The notes under the pieces were generated by a model. The model saw nothing but the letters and a program-made list of their open reading frames with translations. It searched no databases and was not told where the DNA came from. Of a stretch of DNA of 32,000 bases, positions 25,868-32,000 are shown one piece after another. A program made the position numbers and the translations under genes. The DNA is from Mycolicibacterium smegmatis (lineage in GTDB: Bacteria > Actinomycetota > Actinomycetes > Mycobacteriales > Mycobacteriaceae). The DNA lies in contig NZ_LN831039.1 in NCBI RefSeq assembly GCF_001457595.1, positions 3,960,001 to 3,992,000 of the forward strand, in the 5' to 3' direction. Position 1 is the first letter of the stretch, and each line of letters opens with the position of its first letter.

Positions 25868-28594
25868 TCAGTGAGCCGCGGCGTCCCAGCTGCGGCCGTA
25901 CCCCACCGACACCTCAAGTGGCACGTCGAGCGGATACGCGTTGCCCATGTGCTCACGGACCAGCTGTTCGAGCTCCCCCCGCTCCCCTTCCGAGACCTCG
26001 AACAGCAACTCGTCGTGGACCTGCAGCAGGATCCGCGAGCGCAGCCCAGCATCCTTGATCGCCTGGTCGACGTTGATCATCGCGACCTTGATGATGTCGG
26101 CCGCGCTGCCCTGGATCGGGGCGTTGAGCGCCGCACGCTCGGCCGCCTCGCGGACCTGGCGGTTGCTGCTGTCGAGCTCGGGCAGATACCGCCTGCGGCC
26201 CAGCACCGTCGAGGTGTAACCGTCCTTGCGGGCCTGGTCGACCACGTCACGCAGATAGTCACGCACCCCGCCGAACCGGTCGAAGTACTGCTCCATCTGC
26301 ACCTTCGCCTCTTCGGTGGAGATCTTGAGCTGTTGCGCGAGCCCGTAGGCACTGAGGCCGTACGCCAGGCCGTAGGACATGGCCTTCACGCGGCGGCGCA
26401 ACTCGGGCGTCACCTCGTCGATCGGCACCGAGAACGCCCGCGACGCGACGAACGAGTGCAGATCCTCACCGGTGTTGAACGCCTCGATGAGGCCCGCATC
26501 GCGCGACAGGTGCGCCATGATCCGCATCTCGATCTGGCTGTAGTCGGCGGTCATGAGCTCGGCGTAACCCTCGCCCACCACGAACGCGTCACGGATCCGG
26601 CGCCCGGCCTCGGTACGGATCGGGATGTTCTGCAGGTTCGGCTCGGTGGACGACAGCCGGCCGGTCGCGGCGATGGTCTGGTTGAACGTCGTGTGGATGC
26701 GCCCGTCGGAGGCCACCGAGTTGAGCAGCCCGTCGACGGTCACCTTGAGACGGGTGGCGTCGCGGTGCGCCAGCAGATGCTGCAGGAACGGATGGCCGGT
26801 CTTCTCGAACAGCGATTGCAGCGCGTCGGCGTCGGTGGTGTAACCGGTCTTGGTCTTCTTGGTCTTCGGCATCTCCAGCTCGTCGAACAGAACGGCCTGC
26901 AACTGTTTGGGCGAACCGAGGTTGATCTGCTTGCCGATCACCGAGTAGGCGGCCTCGGCCGCGTCGCGGATCTGATCGGCGAACTCGCTCTGCAGCTGTT
27001 CGAGCATGCCGAGGTCGACCGCGATGCCGGCATGCTCCATCTCGGCCAGTGTCCGCTGGACCGGCAGCTCCATGCGGCTCAGCAGCGACAGCGAGTCGAT
27101 GCGAGCGAGCTCCTGGTCGAGCGCGTCGGCCAGGTCCAGCACGGCGCAGGCCCGCAGGATCACGGTCTGCACGGCCTGCTCGTCGACGCCGTCAGAATCG
27201 TCGAGCAGTGAAAGCTGCTGCTGCTCAGGGGTTTCCGCGCGCAGTTCGCGATGCAGGTAGCGCACCGCGAGGTCGTCGAGGGTGAAGCTGCGCTGCCCGG
27301 GCCGCACCAGGTACGCCGCGAGCGCGGTGTCCGACGTGACGCCCCGCAGCGTCCAGCCGCGCCCGGCCAGATCGTGCATCGCGAGCTTGGCCTCGTGCAG
27401 CGCCTTCGGCGGGCCCGGATCGGCGAGCCACGACGCCAGCGCGGCCTCGTCCTCGGGCGTCAGCGTCGAGGTGTCGATGTAGCGGCCGTCGCCGTCGGCC
27501 GCGACGATCGCGAGCGCGGTCGCATCGGCGTCGTACGCCTTGTGGGTGCCGACGACGGCGACGCCGAACCGGCTGCCGAGGCTGTGCTCGGAGAGCCACG
27601 CGGCGAGCTCACCGGGCTCCAGCGCGCGGCCGCGCACGTCGAAACCGTGCTCGACCTCTGGCTCGACCGCGACCAGCGTCTCGAACAGGCGGTCGCGCAG
27701 GACCCGGAACTCCAGGTCATCGAACAGCCGGTGGATCTGGTCGCGGTTCCACGGCTGCATGCGCAGCGTGTCGGGGGTCTGCGGGAGCGGCACGTCCCGG
27801 ATCAGATCCGTGAGCTCGCGGTTGAGGATGACGCTCGACAGGTTGGCCCGCAGCGCGTCGCCGACCTTGCCCTTGACCGCGTCGACGTTGTCGACCAGCG
27901 CCTGCAGCGACCCGTACTCGACGATCCACTTGGTGGCGGTCTTCTCCCCCACGCCGGGGATGCCGGGCAGGTTGTCGCTCGGGTCGCCGCGCAGGGCCGC
28001 GAAGTCGGGGTATTGCTGCGGCGTGAGGCCGTACTTCTCCACCACGGCGTCGGGCGTGAACCGGGTGAGCTCGCTGACACCCTTGCGCGGGTAGAGCACG
28101 GTGACCTGGTTGCTCACCAGCTGCAGCGAGTCACGGTCGCCGGTGACCACCAGGACGCGGTAGCCCTCCTGCTCGGCCTGCGTGGCGAGCGTGGCGATGA
28201 TGTCGTCGGCCTCGAACCCGGGTTCGGCGAGTACCGTGATGCCGAGGGCCCCGAGCACCTCTTTGGTGATGTCGATCTGCCCGCGGAACTCGTCGGGCGT
28301 CGCCGAGCGGCCCTCCTTGTACTCGGGGTACTTGTCCTTGCGGAACGTCTGCCGGGACACGTCGAACGCCGCGGCGATGTGCGTGGGCTGCTCGTCACGC
28401 AGCAAGTTGATGAGCATGGCGGTGAAGCCGTACACCGCGTTGGTGGTCAGGCCGCTCTGCGTCTTGAAGTTCTCCGCGGGCAACGCATAGAACGCCCGGA
28501 AGGCCAGCGAGTTGCCGTCCAGCAACATCAGGGTGGGCGTGTCGTCAGCGGCTTTGGCCGGTGTCTTCTTGGTTGCGGTCTTGGCGGGGCTCAC
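25868..28594 (-). CDS. polA: DNA polymerase I
   Basis: 5'-nuclease domain (LMLLDGNSLAFRAFYALP, DNLPGIPGVGEKTA) and polymerase motifs (DYSQIEMRIMAHLSRD, RRRVKAMSYGLAYGLSAYGL, VHDELLFE). GTG 28594 (VSPAKTATKK) fits known mycobacterial PolA better than 28636. Confidence 0.97.
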   Translation of the reverse strand: MSPAKTATKKTPAKAADDTPTLMLLDGNSLAFRAFYALPAENFKTQSGLTTNAVYGFTAMLINLLRDEQPTHIAAAFDVSRQTFRKDKYPEYKEGRSATPDEFRGQIDITKEVLGALGITVLAEPGFEADDIIATLATQAEQEGYRVLVVTGDRDSLQLVSNQVTVLYPRKGVSELTRFTPDAVVEKYGLTPQQYPDFAALRGDPSDNLPGIPGVGEKTATKWIVEYGSLQALVDNVDAVKGKVGDALRANLSSVILNRELTDLIRDVPLPQTPDTLRMQPWNRDQIHRLFDDLEFRVLRDRLFETLVAVEPEVEHGFDVRGRALEPGELAAWLSEHSLGSRFGVAVVGTHKAYDADATALAIVAADGDGRYIDTSTLTPEDEAALASWLADPGPPKALHEAKLAMHDLAGRGWTLRGVTSDTALAAYLVRPGQRSFTLDDLAVRYLHRELRAETPEQQQLSLLDDSDGVDEQAVQTVILRACAVLDLADALDQELARIDSLSLLSRMELPVQRTLAEMEHAGIAVDLGMLEQLQSEFADQIRDAAEAAYSVIGKQINLGSPKQLQAVLFDELEMPKTKKTKTGYTTDADALQSLFEKTGHPFLQHLLAHRDATRLKVTVDGLLNSVASDGRIHTTFNQTIAATGRLSSTEPNLQNIPIRTEAGRRIRDAFVVGEGYAELMTADYSQIEMRIMAHLSRDAGLIEAFNTGEDLHSFVASRAFSVPIDEVTPELRRRVKAMSYGLAYGLSAYGLAQQLKISTEEAKVQMEQYFDRFGGVRDYLRDVVDQARKDGYTSTVLGRRRYLPELDSSNRQVREAAERAALNAPIQGSAADIIKVAMINVDQAIKDAGLRSRILLQVHDELLFEVSEGERGELEQLVREHMGNAYPLDVPLEVSVGYGRSWDAAAH

Positions 28595-28604
28595 GGCCCT
28601 CACT

Positions 28605-29510
28605 CTATTCGTGGCCACCGACGCGATCGGGGTCACCGAGGCCGAGTCGGCGCCGCGCCATCGTGACCAGCGCCCGCGCGGCCGGGCTCATCGGGCCGGT
28701 GGCCCGCCACGCGAACACCAGCCGGCCCCTCAGTTCGGGCGTGATCGGCAGCGGATGCAGCGCGGCACGGGCCCGCGCGACCGATTCGGGCAGCACGGCG
28801 GCCCCGAGTCCGCGCTCGGCGAGATCGGCAAGCGCGCCCGGCGTGGTCGCCTCGAAGGCGACGCGGACGTCCACCCCGGCCGCCCGGCACGCGCGGTCCA
28901 GTTGCCGCCGGATCCCGGTGCCGCGGGGCAGCGTGATCAGTGGCACGCCGGCGAGATCGGTCAGTGCGATACGCCGACGTCGTCGCCACGGATGGCCGTC
29001 GCCAACGGCGGCGACGATGCGCTGATCGGTCACGACCTCGGCGGCCAGCCCTTCGGGCAGCCCGGACCCGACGGAGATGATCGCGGCGTCCAGCCGCCCG
29101 GCCAGCAGGCCGTCGATGAGCGCGTCGGACTCGTCGGTGCCGAGCGTGATGTCCACGAGTTGGTGTGCGCCGTGGAACTCGGCGAGCAGTCCGGCCATGT
29201 CGAAGTCGTGCGCGGTGACGGTGCCGACGACGACCGAACCGCGCACGAGCCCGCTCACCTCGGCGACCGCGGTGCGTGCCGCGGCGACCGACCGCAGCGC
29301 CGCGTGCGCGTGCGGCAGAACGGCCTCGCCGGCCGCGGTGAGCCGGACCTCGCGCCTGCTGCGGTCGAACAGCGGCTGGCCGAGCTCGCGCTCGAGCTGG
29401 CGGATCGATGCGCTGACCGCGGGCTGCGCGACATGGATGCGCTGTGCGGCCCGCGTGAAATTGGCTTCCTCGGCGACCGCGACGAAGTACTCGAGCTGCC
29501 TCAGCTCCAT
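28605..29510 (-). CDS. LysR-family transcriptional regulator
   Basis: MELRQLEYFVAVAEEANFTRAAQRIHVAQPAVSASIRQLERELGQPLFDRSRREVRLTAAG. Confidence 0.93.
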   Translation of the reverse strand: MELRQLEYFVAVAEEANFTRAAQRIHVAQPAVSASIRQLERELGQPLFDRSRREVRLTAAGEAVLPHAHAALRSVAAARTAVAEVSGLVRGSVVVGTVTAHDFDMAGLLAEFHGAHQLVDITLGTDESDALIDGLLAGRLDAAIISVGSGLPEGLAAEVVTDQRIVAAVGDGHPWRRRRRIALTDLAGVPLITLPRGTGIRRQLDRACRAAGVDVRVAFEATTPGALADLAERGLGAAVLPESVARARAALHPLPITPELRGRLVFAWRATGPMSPAARALVTMARRRLGLGDPDRVGGHE

Positions 29511-29518
29511 AAGCGTTG

Positions 29519-29524
29519 ATTATA
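29519..29524 (-). promoter_or_regulatory. Putative perfect -10 element (TATAAT) for the lysR gene
   Basis: ATTATA on + strand, 8 nt upstream of the lysR ATG at 29510. Confidence 0.45.
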
Positions 29525-29580
29525 GTTTCTGTTCTTTTTACGTATTGGATTTATGATTCTGGGCGGCCGAGGCTGGAGTC

Positions 29581-30729
29581 ATGTCCATCACCACCACCGT
29601 TGCCATCGCCGGCGCCGGTATCGGCGGTCTCACCGCGGCACTTGCCCTGCAGCAGCGCGGTTTCGAGGTCGTCGTGCTGGAGAGCGCACACGAGCTGCGC
29701 CCGCTGGGCGTCGGGATCAACCTGCTACCCCATGCCGTGCGCGAACTCGACCACCTGGGACTCGGTGACGCCGTCGGCGACGCGTCCGTGGCGCCGACGG
29801 CGATCCGCTTCTACTCCGCCGACGGCACACTGTTGTTCACCGAACCGCGCGGACTGGCCGCCGGAGACACCCACCCGCAGTTGTCGATTCATCGTGGTCG
29901 ACTGCAGATGCTGCTGCTCGCCGCGGTGCGTGAGCGCCTCGGTGCCGACGCCGTCCGGACCGGGGCGCGGGTCAGCGGTTTCCACGACGACGGCTCGCGC
30001 GTCGTCGTGCGCACCGATGCGGGCGACGTCAGGGCCGACGTACTCGTCGGCGCCGACGGCATCGGCTCGGTGGTGCGTGCGGCGCTGCATCCCGGCCCGG
30101 ACCCGCTGCGGTTCTCGGGGATCACGATGTTCCGCGGCGCCGGTCGTATGGCGGCGTTCCTCGACGGGCACACGATGGCGATCGTCAAGGGCGACAGGGG
30201 CGATCAGGGCGTCGACCTCGTCACGTATCCGATCGCACCGGATCTGGTGAACTGGGTGGTCCAGGTGCCGCAGTCGGCGCCCACGTCGGCCGGGTGGAAC
30301 ACCCCCGCGTCGGCGGCGGACGTGCTGCCCCACGTCGCGGGCTGGCGTCTGGACTGGCTCGACGTCGACTCGTTGATCGGGAGCACGCCGCAGATCTTCA
30401 CCTACCCGATGGTCGACAAGGACCCGGTGCGACAGTGGGGCCGCGGCGGCCGCGTGACGTTGCTCGGCGATGCCGCACACCCCATGTATCCCGTTGGCGC
30501 CAACGGCGGTTCGCAGGCCGTCGTCGACGCGCGGGTGCTGGCCGACCACCTCGCCGAGGCGGGCGTGCGCGGCCTGCGCACCTACGAGGCCGAACGCGCC
30601 GACGAGACCGCCGCGGTGATCGTCGCCAACCGCGAGATGCACCGCGCCGCCAACACGCGCTCGGCCACCGAACTCGACCGCGTCACCCGCAAGTACCGCA
30701 CCGACACCGCAAGGAGCACCCGAGCATGA
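29581..30729 (+). CDS. PhzS-like FAD-dependent aromatic monooxygenase
   Basis: VAIAGAGIGGLTAALALQQRGFEVVVLES, TEPRGLAAGDTHPQLSIHRGRLQMLLLAAVRERLG, VTLLGDAAHPMYPVGANGGSQA. Confidence 0.88.
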   Translation: MSITTTVAIAGAGIGGLTAALALQQRGFEVVVLESAHELRPLGVGINLLPHAVRELDHLGLGDAVGDASVAPTAIRFYSADGTLLFTEPRGLAAGDTHPQLSIHRGRLQMLLLAAVRERLGADAVRTGARVSGFHDDGSRVVVRTDAGDVRADVLVGADGIGSVVRAALHPGPDPLRFSGITMFRGAGRMAAFLDGHTMAIVKGDRGDQGVDLVTYPIAPDLVNWVVQVPQSAPTSAGWNTPASAADVLPHVAGWRLDWLDVDSLIGSTPQIFTYPMVDKDPVRQWGRGGRVTLLGDAAHPMYPVGANGGSQAVVDARVLADHLAEAGVRGLRTYEAERADETAAVIVANREMHRAANTRSATELDRVTRKYRTDTARSTRA

Positions 30730-31397
30730 CCACCTTCGTCCTTGTCCCCGGAATGTGCCACGGCGCATGGTGTTTCGACACCGTCACCGCTGCGCTGCGC
30801 GCGGCCGGCCATGAGGTGCTGGCCGTGACCCCGACCGGGGTCGCCGAACGCGCACACCTGCAGCACGCGGGCGTCAACCTCGACACCCACATCACCGACG
30901 TCGTCGCCGTGGTCGAGGCCTACGCGGCCGAACCGGTGGTTCTTGTCGGGCACAGTTACGGCGGCATGGTGATCACGGGCGCCGCCGACCGGATCCCCGA
31001 CACCGTCGACGCGCTGGTGTACCTCGACGCGGTGGTGCCGCGCGACGGCGAGTCGTGCGCGGATCTGGTGAACGACGAGGAGCGCCGGTGGTACATGGAG
31101 ACCGACGCGTCCGGCTTCGGGGTGCCGCCGCTTGAGTTCTTCGATCCGCGCGCGACCCCGCATCCGCGCGCGAGCGTGCTGCAACCGCTGCGTATCGGCG
31201 TCGACGTGAACCGCTTCCGTCGGCGGGTGTTCGTCTACGCGCGCGACTGGCCGGGCGAATCGCCGCTGCAGGCCTCCTACGACCGCGTCCGCAATGATCC
31301 GAACTGGACGTGCCACGAACTCGACGCCAAGCACAACCTGATGCGCGACGCGCCCGAGGAGCTGCTGCGCATCCTTGTCGACGTCGCCTCCCGATAG
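30726..31397 (+). CDS. Alpha/beta hydrolase (hydroxynitrile lyase/methylesterase-like)
   Basis: MTTFVLVPGMCHGAWCFDTVTAALRAAGHEVLAVTPTG, nucleophile elbow GHSYGG. ATGA overlap with the monooxygenase; the track start at 30294 is spurious. Confidence 0.88.
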   Translation: MTTFVLVPGMCHGAWCFDTVTAALRAAGHEVLAVTPTGVAERAHLQHAGVNLDTHITDVVAVVEAYAAEPVVLVGHSYGGMVITGAADRIPDTVDALVYLDAVVPRDGESCADLVNDEERRWYMETDASGFGVPPLEFFDPRATPHPRASVLQPLRIGVDVNRFRRRVFVYARDWPGESPLQASYDRVRNDPNWTCHELDAKHNLMRDAPEELLRILVDVASR

Positions 31398-31404
31398 CCG
31401 GGAC

Positions 31405-31428
31405 GAAACTGCAACACGTTTCAGTTTC
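31405..31428 (+). promoter_or_regulatory. KstR-type operator
   Basis: TGCAACACGTTTCA (31410-31423) exactly fits TnnAACnnGTTnnA, flanked by the inverted repeat GAAACTG/CAGTTTC. Confidence 0.85.
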
Positions 31429-31455
31429 TGGGCTCTGATCGTCTAGTCTGACCGT

Positions 31456-31905
31456 GTGCCAGGTGATACCGACGCCGCAACGCAACTACCGGCCATCGAG
31501 GGATGGTGGAGCGCAGACGAGTCCGGCGCCCCCCATCTGATCGGCGGAAAGTGCACGAAATGTGCCACGTACGTGTTCCCGCCGCGGGCCAACAACTGCC
31601 CCAACCCCGCCTGTGACGGCGACGAGCTGGCGCAGGTGCCGCTGTCGCGTCGCGGCAAGGTGTGGAGCTACACCGAGAACCGGTACGCCCCGCCGCCGCC
31701 CTACCCGTCGCCGGACCCGTTCGAGCCGTTCGCCGTGGCCGCCGTCGAACTGGCCGACGAGGGCCTGATCGTGCTGGGCAAGGTCGTCGAGGGCACGCTG
31801 GCCGCGGATCTGAAGGTCGGCATGGAGATGGAGTTGACCACCATGCCGCTGTACACCGACGACGACGGCGTCGAGCGCCTGACCTACGCGTGGAGGATCG
31901 CATGA
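31456..31905 (+). CDS. DUF35 OB-fold/zinc-ribbon protein (Rv1628c-like)
   Basis: GGKCTKCATYVFPPRANNCPNPAC rubredoxin-like Zn ribbon followed by an OB-fold. GTG start. Confidence 0.87.
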   Translation: MPGDTDAATQLPAIEGWWSADESGAPHLIGGKCTKCATYVFPPRANNCPNPACDGDELAQVPLSRRGKVWSYTENRYAPPPPYPSPDPFEPFAVAAVELADEGLIVLGKVVEGTLAADLKVGMEMELTTMPLYTDDDGVERLTYAWRIA

Positions 31906-32000
31906 GCGCACCCGAACCCGTCTACATCCTCGGCGCGGGTATGCACCCGTGGGGCAAGTGGGGACGTGACTTCACCGAGTACGGCGTCGTCGCCGCGCGC
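31902..32000 (+). CDS. Thiolase-like / lipid-transfer acetyltransferase, 5' end only (Rv1627c-like)
   Basis: MSAPEPVYILGAGMHPWGKWGRDFTEYGVVAA matches a thiolase-type N-terminus. ATGA overlap with the DUF35 gene; runs off the right edge. Confidence 0.75.
   Translation, partial: MSAPEPVYILGAGMHPWGKWGRDFTEYGVVAAR

Noticed and set aside
25835-27211. 458-aa + strand ORF antisense to polA
   Set aside because: Antisense shadow of a strongly supported polA.
1-32000. CRISPR arrays, prophage, toxin-antitoxin or anti-phage defence genes
   Set aside because: No regularly spaced repeats and no cas, integrase, phage structural, TA or recognised defence proteins among the supported ORFs.

Overview
High-GC mycobacterial chromosome segment, most likely Mycolicibacterium smegmatis or a close relative. 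This is judged from recalled similarity of UvrB, RpsA, CoaE-GrpB and PolA to M. tuberculosis orthologues; no database was searched. The conserved backbone is tRNA-Cys, an MFS exporter, uvrB, a DUF402 gene, coaE-GrpB, rpsA, polA and a DUF35/thiolase pair. Lineage-variable modules interrupt it. The main one (about 5.2-19.2 kb, between the DUF402 gene and coaE) holds a glutaminase, an APC permease, a GntR/FadR regulator and a run of six genes joined by 4-8 bp start/stop overlaps: SDR, orphan DUF1116/YlbE(AllG)-like protein, SDR, an unknown protein with a CxxCxxCC motif, and two glutamine-synthetase-like ligases. A carboxylesterase, a third SDR and a type I Baeyer-Villiger monooxygenase follow. 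The 9-mer TAGACCAAA occurs in three promoter regions of this cluster, with GTCTTTAGACC twice in one of them, suggesting one local regulon. I propose it as an undescribed, possibly gamma-glutamylation-linked, catabolic locus. Other observations: a textbook PafBC/RecA-NDp promoter giving a probably leaderless uvrB mRNA, an exact KstR box upstream of the DUF35/thiolase operon, a perfect 18-bp hairpin terminator after rpsA, an internally deleted NmrA-like remnant coupled to a TetR gene, a likely ATT start codon in the DUF402 gene, and truncated gene fragments beside the tRNA.
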